DNA from: Octopus sinensis
Taxonomy: Eukaryota
Assembly (NCBI RefSeq): GCF_006345805.1
Contig: NC_043003.1
Span: forward strand, 39,184,001-39,248,000
DNA length: 64,000 bases
Direction of reading: 5' to 3'
Numbering within the stretch: position 1 is the first letter of the stretch; every line of letters starts with the position of its first letter. The position numbers and the translations under genes are program-made. Shown piece after piece: positions 12,637 through 24,204 of this stretch. The notes under the pieces were generated by a model. That model worked only from the letters and a program-made list of their open reading frames with translations. It did no database searches and was not told the origin of the DNA.

Positions 12637-13029
12637 ATATATAAATGTGTGTACGTATGTATGTATTTACAACGTTGTAAAGAAACGTTTGTAACGAAGA
12701 CTGGAATTGATGGTATTATTTTAATGCTCCAGTAACAAACGCTTCTTTACAAAGTGGTGAATACATTTGTTCATAAAATGGATTTCTCATCCTGCAATGA
12801 AACATTTATAATTACAGCATTAAAATAATACCATTCATTTTTGTTATAATACACACTTTCTCTACGAATAATATACTTGACCAGAAATTTCATCTTGCAT
12901 GTATGATTTTCTCATTTGAAATAAAACTTCTAAAAACGTACAATTAATTGCCGGAATACGCAGATCTGCCTGGATTATAATCCCCTCTACGTACATATTT
13001 ATGTATATTCATACATACATGCAAATATA

Positions 13030-13370
13030 TATATGTATAAACCTCGACTCCGTCGGTCACGAATGACCATGGGTGCCTCTAAGAGTTTCCCCTCCGGGGT
13101 ACAAGTCTGGGCGGAATGTTGTCTCACCGGCGAACGCACAGCCGAGGGTTGTTTTATGGAAGACCAGAGTCGCACATGCATACCACCCACCCCTCCCCTC
13201 TCCACGCCACCAATGTTATCCAAGGGAAAGTCAAAGGCCGAATGTCGCAATTCATTTCTATAGATGAGGTAACTGGAGCAACGTGAAACAACATGCAACT
13301 CGGTCCAGGAATCGAACTCACAACCTTACGATCTAAGCTCGACATTCTAACCACTGAGCCACCAGCCTTC

Positions 13371-13375
<5 letters not shown>
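13030..13375 (-). mobile_element. tRNA/CORE-type SINE S4
   Basis: tRNA-like head (ggtggctcagtggttag..gttcgattcc on minus); tail shared with 32255-32570. Confidence 0.75.
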
Positions 13376-13408
<33 letters not shown>

Positions 13409-13681
13409 GTATGATTGTATGTATGTATATATCTATATATGTTATATATGTATATATGTTATATAACTATAAGTAGGGCAAATGAGTGCGAAATCAGAAT
13501 CTAGTTAATTGACCACAGAAGGAGATTTGTTACACAGCAAAATGTTATTATGCATATCCAAGTACTTGTTTCTAGTTAGATGTTCAGAGCCAGCGAGAGA
13601 TATATATCTTGGCCATATAGCGCATCCGGGTCTATCGACTATATCTCAGTCCGAACATTACGTGTGTGTATGTGTATTATA

Positions 13682-13745
<64 letters not shown>

Positions 13746-13851
13746 ATGTATATGTATATATATATATGCTTCTATATATGTGTGTGTATATATACACATA
13801 TATATATGTGTATGTGTGTGTGTTTGTTTGTATATATATATATATATATAA

Positions 13852-13882
<31 letters not shown>

Positions 13883-13999
13883 CATGACACGTGAACAAAA
13901 TGAACAAAATCGAATCTCTAACAACTAATCTGCGCTGACATCACTTATGAGTTGAGAACAAACTGAAGCTATTTGTGTCTCTCTAATTAATGCAGTCGT

Positions 14000-14267
14000 T
14001 ATTGACAAATGGAAAACATTAAGATGTACTTGAATAAACAATGATCGATTGGGAACATCGCAGCCTTTAAAATGATTGCAGGCAATCAAAGAAGACAAAT
14101 ACATCGAACAGAGAGGAAAGAGCGAATGATACTTCACTGAGGATGCCTGTTTGATTGAGAAACAAACGGTCTCTAGCTGCTCATCTGTCAATAATCACCA
14201 CCCCACGGCTGCTGCTGCATTTTCTTTTTCTTTTGCTGTTGATATGTATGTAAAAGGGTAGGTGAGT
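14000..14267 (+). promoter_or_regulatory. Candidate promoter / non-coding 5' exon
   Basis: Repeat-free stretch with reverse CCAAT (gattgg ~14047), TTTAAAA (~14066) and a consensus donor AG|GTGAGT at 14261/14262. Motif-level evidence only. Confidence 0.2.
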
Positions 14268-15772
14268 ACGTAAGCAATTTTGAATATCTTATCTGTTGAA
14301 TGAGGGGTTTTGGGCCTTAAACACAGATATCGTCAGAGAAGGTTTGGGTGTCCTACATAATTTTCACTACAGACAGTCGGGTATCAGTTTTCATCATATT
14401 GATTTCTTACATGGACATTTAACCTGAGACTTTCATTTACAGGAAGAGTGATAAGTGATTGTGTGACATTCATGTGTTTCTCGATGACATTAATGACGTA
14501 AGTGAAGTGAAATAGTTTCATATTTCTTTTTCTTTCCGATGTCTACGTGCACTTAATTGACGGGCGTTATGGTTGTACTGTTATGGTTGTTATCGTTGTA
14601 GTTGTTATTACAGTCTCTGTTTCATTATACCTCAGTGATAAAATTTATTCCCAGTTGCCCATAACTGCTGGTGGGGGAAAAATATAGTTTTTGGGTGGCA
14701 AAAATTTCTGGTTTAGATCAAAGTCGAGATCAGTGTTCTTAACCTGACAAACACCAGGCCCCTCTCTTTCTTCCCTGAAGTATTAGTGATATTTTGCCCT
14801 TCCCTTCGTCTTTATTAATTCTTTCTCCTATAAGCAAAAGGCCTAATTTCGTGGGAAATGGCTAGTCAATTACATCAAGCCCAGTGTCCGACTAGTATTT
14901 ATTCTGTCGACCTCGAAAAAAAGAAAGGAAAATTTGATTCGGTGACTTTTGAACTCAGAACGTAAAGTCAGAAGAGCTGTCCACTCCGGCTAGGAAAAGT
15001 CGCTTAGCCTTTTGTCCAACAAGGTAACGATTCTCTTTGCTTACCGCCTTTGAGTTTGCAAGACAAGGTCGACCTCGGCGGGATTTGAACTCAGAATGTA
15101 GAGAAATTATGCTAAGCATTTTATTAGATGCTCTAACTATTCTGCTAGCTCCCTGCTTTGCTTCTTCGTTAAAGGAGGAGACAAGTAATTCTGCTGCCAT
15201 AAATTATTTTTTCTTCCACATAGTGTTGGACATGTTTAAAATCTTTTAAACCATATTATTTCAAACATTGCACTTTTCCACTCCCTTTTCAATCCTTGCA
15301 GACATCTCTAGGGTGGGCGTTGGGGAGGGGGGGACTGGAACATCTCATTAAGAGAATAAATGGTTTAAATTATTCATAATCATTTGTACCAAGTTATTTT
15401 AAGTAAGATCTTTTATGTAACAATGAGCGATTAAGCGAAGTGAAACTTCTGCCTTTCTTTTTACAGTCCCACAGGAAGTCCAAGTCTTTTTTGCAGGATA
15501 AAATTGGGTCCTGGTCACACACTCCAGTCGAAAAAGCTTCTCCTTATCTTAGAAATTATTGTTATTGTTGTTGTTGCTGTTGTTGTTTCCGCCTTTTATC
15601 CTTTCGGAGTTGATAAAATAAATACATGATGAACCCTGGAGTCGATGTAATCGAGTTAACCCCTCCTCCGAAATTGCTGATCTTGTGCCAAAGTTTGAAA
15701 TCATCATTGTTGTTGCTGTTGATGTTATTGTTGTTGCTGTTGTTGTTATTGATGTTGTTGTTGTTGTTGTTG

Positions 15773-15825
<53 letters not shown>

Positions 15826-15826
<1 letters not shown>

Positions 15827-16355
15827 GCCGGGCGAAATGCTTCGTCTGCCGCTACGTTCTGAGTTCAAATTCCGCCGAGATCGACTTTGCCTTTCATCCT
15901 TTCGGGGTCGATTAAATAAGTACCAGTTACACACTGGAGTCGATGTAATCGACTTAATCCGTTTGTCTGTCCTTGTTTGTCCTCTCTGTGTTTAGCCCCT
16001 TGTGGGTAGTAAAGAAATAGGTATTTCGTCCATCTTCATGTTCTGAGTTCAAATTCCACCGAGGTGTCGACTTTGCTTTTAATCCTTTAGGGGTCGATTA
16101 AATAAGTACCAGTTACGCACTGGGGTCGATATAATCGACTTTATCCATATGTCTGTCCTTGTTTGTCCTCTCTGTGTTAAGCCCCTTGTGGGTAGTAAAG
16201 AAATAGGTATTTCGTCCATCTTCATGTTCTGAGTTCAAATTCCGCTGAGGTTAGCTTTACCATTTATCGTTTCGAGGTCAATGAAAGTGAAGCACTGAAG
16301 TCGATGTAATCGACTAGCCCCCTCCCCTGAAAAAGTTCAGCCCTTGTGCCTATAG
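15826..16355 (+). mobile_element. Tandem array of three S1 SINE units
   Basis: Junctions aaagaaatag|gtatttcgtc at ~16020 and ~16207; last unit has the a-type tail; flanked by (ATT)n. Confidence 0.9.
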
Positions 16356-16429
16356 TAAAAAGGATTATTATTATTATTGTTGTTGTTGTTGTTGTTGTTG
16401 TTGCTGCTGTTTTTGTTGTTGTTGTTGTT

Positions 16430-16880
16430 GATTGAGAGTGCAGTGCATGCCATCAAAGTAACACTGGGGTACAAATATACGAAGCCCAGTATACCCATCA
16501 TTACTATCTGTCTGATAAGTGTATACAAGGCACATGCATCATAACTATATGTGTGCGACATAGTGAAATGATATCAATATAAACAGCACATGACCTTACA
16601 GATGGGGCTCAGCTAAAATTTTCTTCAGCTCGAGTAGCCCATCCCGCCCAAAAGGTCTCTGAATAAGGGTTGTTTAAGGATGTTGAACGAAACACTCATG
16701 TGTCCAGAGGTGAATTATTCAAACCCCAAAGAATTCCTCTCAACAGATGGCTATGATGCTCCCCCACTACTTCTTCCCATGATCAAAGATACACATATCG
16801 TCAGCCATCAAGGGACATGCCCAACTGGTTACGGTCAAACAAGCCAATATTGAACAGAATATTTACTGTAGCCCATTTTG
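16430..16880 (-). mobile_element. Repeat family C, longest copy
   Basis: ~450 bp; on the minus strand it starts ATGGGCTACAGTAAATATTCTG and ends ..CACTGCACTCTC(AAT/AAC)n. Confidence 0.75.
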
Positions 16881-17305
16881 GTGTTGTTGTTTTATTATTA
16901 TTATTATCATTATTATTATTATTATTATTATAGCAATTATTATTATTATAGCAATTATTTCTGTTTGCAACCCCTACATTCGGGTTATCACTATTTCTAT
17001 TTATTTATATTTTAACAATTTCTACTTTTCGTTCAGAGAAATATTCTTACTTGTTAGGATAGATGTATCAAAGAAAACGCTTCCGAAGGTGTATGGTCTC
17101 ACCAAAACTTACCATTCTCCTTCGTAAACTTTTTCTGGTACCATCTCTTTTTTGAAGGCAACACAAAATGGTGGGATAATTTCCACTGTATGAGAGCCTC
17201 AGTGCTGTTATGCCTGATTTGTGTTATGTATGTATGTATATACGCATGTCTGTATGCGTATATGTATGTTTCTCTCTGTTTGTGCGTGTATGTCTGTATA
17301 TATAT

Positions 17306-17355
<50 letters not shown>

Positions 17356-18226
17356 GGTGTATGTATGCATGTGTGTATGTATGAATGTATGTATGTACGT
17401 GTGTATGCGTATATGTATGTATGTACGTATGTATGTATGCATGCATGTATGTATGAATGTATGCATGCATGCATGCATGCTTGTATGTATGTATGTATGT
17501 ATGTATGTATGTATGTATGTATGTATGTATGTTTCTCTAGGATTTACGCTTTTTCCTTGGCAGGATTCAATCCAGTTAAAAGAGCAAATTTCTTTTTTTT
17601 TTAAAGTCAAGTTTGCTCATGAGATTTGAGATTATCTGAATTCGTTGATATCTGTATAAATATATATATGTGTGTGTGCACGCGCGCGCGTGTGTGTGTT
17701 GCGTATATATACTTGCATGTAGATAAACTTGCACTTGTGTGATGGACGTGCATGTCACGTAAGTATACATGTGTGCGGAGTTCAGTACTGTTTTCGTACA
17801 TGCGTTTGTATTCCATATACACCAATGTTTGTGTGGATATACTCATAAAAGATTTAAAAATGGAAAACCCTTGTAATTCACTACACTTCTAATCGATAGT
17901 TTTTGGAAAATGCTAATCAGTCTGCTCTGTTTATTTTGGAGAACCTCAGTGGTTATAGGTATTTATGTAGATTTATAGCCATGTTTATGCACAAATGAAA
18001 ATTTACATTTTCTTTATATAAGAATTATAGCTTCCTCGGTAGTTCTCCACAGATGTTGTTTCACCAACGGTTTGATAAGACATTCATATCCACTGGGCAG
18101 CCGATTTCTACACGCATCTATGTACACGCACACACACACACACACACAAACATACATGCACATATGTATGAATACATGTGTGTGTGTATATATGTATATA
18201 TGTATATATATGTATATATATGTATG

Positions 18227-18316
<90 letters not shown>

Positions 18317-18324
18317 ATTTATTT

Positions 18325-18715
18325 TTAGGCGCAGGAGTGGCTGCGTGGTAAGTAGCTTGCTTACCAATCACATCGTTTCGGGTTCAGGCCCACTGCGTGA
18401 CACCTTGGGCAAGTGTCTTCTGCTATAGCCTCGGGCCGACCAAAGCCTTGTGAGTAGATTCGGTAGACGGAAACTGAAAGAAGCCCGTCATATATATGTC
18501 TATATATGCGTGTGTTTGTCTGTGTTTGTCAGCCCAACATCGCTTGACAACCGATGCTGGTGTGTTTACATCCCCGTAACTTAGCGGTTCGGCAAAACAG
18601 ACCGATAGAATAAGGCTTACAAAGAATAAGTCCTGGGGTCAATTTGCCCGAATAAAGGCGGTGCTCCAGCATGGCCGCGGTCAATTGACTGAAACAAGTA
18701 AAAGAGTAAAGAGCA
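18325..18715 (+). mobile_element. SINE S2, full length
   Basis: Head ggcgcaggagtggctgcgtggtaag, B-box-like gggttcaggccc, CORE-like accttgggcaag, tail aaagagtaaaagag. Confidence 0.9.
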
Positions 18716-18734
18716 GAGAGTATATATTTATAAA

Positions 18735-19050
18735 TTGGCCCTCCGTCAGTTATAACGCTGTGGATTCCAGTTGATCCGATCAACGGAACAGCCTGCTCGT
18801 AAAATTAGCGTGCAAGTGGTTGAGCACTCCACAGACACGCCTAATCTTAACGTAATTCTCAGGGAGATTCAGCGTGACACAGAATATGACAAGGCTGACC
18901 CTTTGAATTACAGATATTAATCATTTTTGCCAGCTGAGTGGACTGCAGCAATGTGAAATAATATGTCTTGCTCAAGGATACAACGCGTTGCCGGAAATTG
19001 AACTCACGATTGTCAGCCGAATTCCTTAACCACTAAGCCACGCGCCTTCA
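18735..19050 (-). mobile_element. tRNA/CORE-type SINE (S3 variant)
   Basis: Head gaaggcgcgtggcttagtggttaagg and gttgtatccttgagcaagac..ccactcagctggcaaaa on minus. Confidence 0.75.
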
Positions 19051-19087
19051 CTATATATGCACATACATAGAAGTATATATACATACA

Positions 19088-19144
<57 letters not shown>

Positions 19145-19249
19145 GTATTTATATATATATTTCCTTTTGGTTAAGACTGGATACCCATAAGGTATGTGAT
19201 CAATTGTGTCTTCACAACTCTTCACATAATCTGCTGATATACTGTTAAA

Positions 19250-21230
19250 CTTTGTAAGTTGCTTTATTCCCTATTTTTGGTAGATTCTTTTAGAAAAGCT
19301 TTACTCTTGTACTATTCAGCTACTATGGAATTTCATCTCGATGTATTTTTACTTAGTTCTTTCTTTTCGGATACAGGCCAAACGGATATTTATTCCACCA
19401 CCTTAGCATGGCATTCTGTAACCTCATTTGAGCTTAGTTCAAATATTTAAATATAACCTTTCTCGTTTGTTGTTTTTCAATTCTCCTTATAAGCGCCTCT
19501 TATTTGATCGTCTGTTTTACTTGTTGGCTTCTCCGAAAACAAAACAGCCCTTCGTTCATGATTTGCTACTATTTGTATTTATTACCCAACGTTCTTTGCT
19601 AAATAGTTTGGTATTTCTACAGTAGATATTTTATAAGGATATTCCAAGCACAGAAACCTCACCATGTTCGTGATAATCACAATATTTGAGAATCGGACTT
19701 GGTATGATATATTCTAAATATTTTTTTTGTTTTTCTGTCTAGTTTTGCTAATTTACTTAGACTTCTTATTGCAAATGTACCATTAGTAGCAGAGCTAGAA
19801 GGTTCATATATAGTTTTCTTTTTCAATTAAACTTGCTTAAATATTAATCTAATATTCCTTTCTAATATTTTTTATTCATGCTAGTTTCTAATTTTATATG
19901 TTTTTTGGGGTCCAATTTCCTCTTCTGTGTTCCTTTACCTAATACGATGTTAGTTGTTTTTAGTTTTTTTCTTTTGTTAGTTTTCTTTGTTCATGGAACA
20001 TTTTTTAACCAAATTTCCTGTTAATTCTTTTTGCCCTCTATGTTATCATGTTTCTAGTTATTCATCATTTACCGAATACATCTTGAGATCATCCATGAGC
20101 AAAAAAACAGCTGATTATTTCCTCATAGCATTTGTGTCCGAGTCTAGTTTGATTTACCATGTTGATAGAAGATGTTTATGTCAGTTAGAAAATGAATAGA
20201 GAGCGAGAATTCTCGTTGGAATGTTCCACTTTTAATAGAGATCAACTTCCCTTTTATCATTCCTCTTCTACTTATATCTGTAGAAATTTTTCATTTATTC
20301 ATGACAAATTTGATGTATCTGCTCTGTTTTTGGTGCTACCTTACTGATAGCTAATTTCAAAAGTATTCTAATAGTCATTTCACACAATACTCATACACTT
20401 TTATTAAGCAAGCTTTCGGTTATGACGTCATTGATCCATAATTATCCTTCAAAATCTTTTAATCTTCTAGAGAATCCCATTTGTTCTTATGGATAAAATA
20501 TTATTTTCAAGGAATCATTTATCTTCTGCGATGTCATTAATGGTAATGCCTGGAATGCTGGAAGCAGACAAATACTGTATCTGTAGTTAGGGAGTATATA
20601 GTTCCTTCAGACTTCGGTATTAAGATCATTCTCTACTCAATGATGTAAAAAAACAATAGCGTTTTATTAATAAGTTAATATATTCTTACACTGTTTCTAT
20701 TATCATTGACATAATCTGTTTTCGATTTTCCACATTGTTATTTCATTGATATTAATGGATATTTTTCGATGCACTGAGGTGCACTCCCTCTTCTTGTATA
20801 TTCCAGTTGCTACTCTTTATTATGAGGTTACATAAGTGATAGAGCGATAGAAATGGTGTAGCGCCGGACAAAATGTCCAACAGTATATAACTAGTCCCAG
20901 GAAGATTAAAAAATATTTTGCGCAGTTGATTAGTCTTACATTTTTTTGCAGTTGATAAAATAAAGTCCAGTCTAACACAGTAGCCGATAAAATCGACATT
21001 GTTTCTTATCCCAGCATTTGTGGTCATTCATTTGTTAGAAATCATAATTGTTTTTATGTTACACAATAATTATAAACTCGCGGAAATCCATGCTTTCGAC
21101 GTGGTTTCGATTTCTATTTAAGAAACTTTCGTTTAACTTCTTCCTCATACGTAACATTACCTGGTTCTCAATGCTTGGAATGTGACACAAATGAAATTGA
21201 GTACCCAGTCTTCACAAATTCAACAATGCT
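19250..21230 (-). mobile_element. Heavily decayed LINE, RT region (R4/Dong-like)
   Basis: Minus strand NYRYSICLLPAFQAL...YP*EQMGFSRRL resembles NYRPITCLPT.YK.L..PEEQKG.RR; many stops. Confidence 0.55.
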
Positions 21231-21829
21231 TCCAATACATATAATTATAAGCCGGCGAGCTAGCAGAATCGTTAGCCCGCCGGACAAAATTCTCCGCGGC
21301 ATTTCGTCCGTCTTTACGTTCTGAGTTCAAATTCGCTGAAGTCGACTGTGCCTTTCATCCTTTCGGAGTCGATAAAATAAGTACCAGTTGAGTATTGGGA
21401 TCGATGACATCGGCTTAGCCCTTTCTCCCGAACTTGCTGGCTGTGTGCCAAATTGAAAACAACATATATAATTTATATATCATTCAGTTGCAATTACAGT
21501 GTCAATGCCTACAGTTGATGTATCTCTCCTGCAAGAAACTGAGGAACAGAGATAGTTTGGTAAGATTGGCATGGATTAGTATTTACTTTGAACATTTGAA
21601 GTTTAACTATTAGGTACAAAATATTGTTTAGGAGTTGCAGAGAAATTCAGTTATAAAGGTTGTTGAATCTGAAAAGGTTTTAGGGTCCGGGAGATTTAAT
21701 CTTCAGTGCATAATACGAATTCAAGACATATGTTTTCTATGATATGTCGACATTATATAACAAGGAAATTGTTCTTTGAAAAAATAAGCATATAGGATTA
21801 AGGGTCTTATCCCAAGTGAGGTACCATAC

Positions 21830-22700
21830 AGTAATATCACACTACAGTGGCTATAGTAATTATCATATCCAGTAGCTCACGAAACCCACCCTACAGCAAC
21901 ACCACAATGCAACACCACAAAATTACACTGCACAATACCACAACAGTACTCTACAGATGTACACTACAAAGCTAGACCACAACAACTCACTTCAACACCG
22001 CTCAAGGACATCACATTACAGGACTATACTACAACATCATAGCGCAGAATTACACAACATCACTATATGTATAACCCACCACCAGAGCACAGCACCAAAC
22101 AACAATACCGTAGAACAGAAATACACCACATCAACACACTACATCACAAGACCAAAGTGCATCACACTATAACACTACAGCAAACTACAACACCTCACAA
22201 TTACATTCCACAACTACAACACAACGCTACACTACGTCACACAACAAAATCACCCCCAAATGTTGCACTAGGATAGCGCACCAAAACGCTATACCATACT
22301 ACAGGCCTACATTACAACACTACAGCCCCGTCGCTATATCACACCTCAGTACGGTAGCACATCACAGCATTTCAACACGCAACACTGCTGCTCCGAAGCA
22401 CAGAAATATACCGTACCACAACGCTCCAACACAAACACTACAATACAACAGCAAAACAAAACACTAGACGTGCCATGGCTCTGCAACATAACAACACTAC
22501 AGCACTTCAAGACAACACCACAGCATTGCAACACACCAGAACAGCAGCACAATGCAGTACAACAGTACTACGACACAATAATGCAGGACAACATAAACGG
22601 TACCAAAGTACACTAGCACAATTCTGTACAACAGCACAATACCACTATCAAAACACCACAACGCCGCAACGCCACAATGCTACACCACAAGCAACAGAAT
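21830..22700. repeat. Degenerate CA-rich low-complexity array
   Basis: Recurring acaac/actaca/caacac words; very G-poor on the + strand. Confidence 0.75.
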
Positions 22701-23030
22701 TCTTCAATTACAGTAATATGAACCCACAAATTGAAACCAAGACCGGAGATACTACATCGTTATTCGACTTGCTAGAAATAACGGCATAGTTTCTCTCAAA
22801 TCCCGTTTGACCCCCTTGCAAAAGGACATGTTAAATGATGTTGTTCTGAATTCACTGATCGTAGGAAAAGACGGGATGGCCACTAGTGGCCCTTTGATAA
22901 TAGATATGCTTGATCAGTATTTACCTAGGGCTAGATAACAAATTTTCAGTTTTTTTCCTGAATTTTTCAAATTGTAAAGATAAATTATGGTCACCCTGTA
23001 TACACACACGCATGCACACACGTATATATA

Positions 23031-23607
23031 TAAGAAAAGTTAAGTTTGTAAAAGTTTTTAATTCTCATCTCACTAAATTTATCCAGCTATTGTGTATCTA
23101 GTGCACTCTTCGCCTTGAATGTAATGATATATGTATAATATATGGCGTGTACTGGTACACCGGCGATTATAATTAATTTTATTGTATCGCATTTATCTTT
23201 GTTTACATATTATCTCGATAAATTTCTGACCGTTAGACGATATACCACAATCCCCTATTTTGTCGGGTTTGTTCGGAGTCTGCGCAGTGTTTTGAATAGT
23301 TTAGAAAGAGCATTTCGATAGACGCACATGGATCTATTGATATGGTCTTCCCATCATTAACAGGAATCTTGCTGAAGAGCCAGCCTGAGTAAATAAATAC
23401 TATTTTTATTACTGAATTTGGCGAAACTGCAGTATAAGAAAAGTTAAGTTTGTAAAAGTTTTTAATTCTCATCTCACTAAATTTATCCAGCTATTGTGAT
23501 CTAGTGCACTCTTCGCCTTGAATGTAATGATATATGTATAATATATGGCGTGTACTGGTACACCGCGATTATAATTAATTTTATTGTATCGCATTTATCT
23601 TTGTTTA
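23031..23607 (+). mobile_element. Retrozyme/Penelope-like element: 404-nt unit plus 173-nt terminal repeat, in (TA)n
   Basis: Direct repeats 23031-23205 and 23435-23607 are identical except for two 1-nt indels; a hammerhead lies at the repeat junction. Confidence 0.8.
23367..23439 (+). ncRNA. Type I hammerhead ribozyme, canonical core
   Basis: Stem I tcttg/taaga; CUGAAGA 23372-23378; stem II GCCAG..TTGGC (G10.1-C11.1); GAA 23423-23425; stem III palindrome ACTGCAGT 23426-23433; GUA cleavage after 23434. Confidence 0.88.
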
Positions 23608-23699
23608 TATATATATATATTATATATTATATATATATGTATCTTTTTAAAAATGTAACCACATATGAATCGTTGGCGATTTTTTACCTCCATCTCCCT

Positions 23700-23860
23700 T
23701 TTCTATTGGACTTTCATCTGTCCCCTGTTTCTGAAGAAAAGCTTTGCTCGAAAGGTAAAACTACCTTTCTTTCCTTCCCTGAGCGTCTGCTAATACTTTA
23801 CAAGTACCACGTCCTCGCGTTCTTGTCTTTTCTGTTTGTTCTTCGTTGTTATATTTACTA
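23700..23860 (+). mobile_element. Penelope-like terminal repeat with decayed minimal hammerhead
   Basis: gttt-CTGAAGA-AAAGCTTTGCTC-GAA-AGGT-A-aaac (23727-23761); two lesions relative to an AGAGC..GCTC / ACGT fold; ends in (TA)n. Confidence 0.6.
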
Positions 23861-23881
23861 TATATATATATATACATATAT

Positions 23882-24204
23882 ATCACATGATTTTGACACC
23901 AGAGTCGGTATCTTTGGAATTAGTACAGTATACTATACTAATTCTAAGGGTACCGCTGTGTTTTTTTATATATTGCGGAATTGAATTCTGCGAAGAAAAA
24001 AGCTGAAATCCTTGAGAAACATACATGCATGCATACATACATACATACATACATACATACATACATACATACATACATACATACACACGTACATACATAC
24101 ACCCACGCATGCATGCACACACACATACACATACATATAGTACTAATCTCAAGGATACCGACTCTGATGTCAAAATCATGTGATTTGTGGAAACGCGCGT
24201 AGTG
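23882..24204. mobile_element. Foldback element (45-bp arms) with hammerhead-like right end
   Basis: Arms 23882-23926 and 24140-24184; CTGATGT..GAA-ACGCGCGT-A at 24164-24201 (non-canonical position 9). Confidence 0.6.

Noticed and set aside
12661-12771. Imperfect ~35-bp hairpin
   Set aside because: Single diverged copy without a clear TSD or ribozyme core; cannot be classified.
14281-14340. Minus-strand CTGACGA followed by a perfect 7-bp hairpin
   Set aside because: It is followed by AGATA rather than GAAA and has no stem III or NUH site; treated as a chance hairpin.
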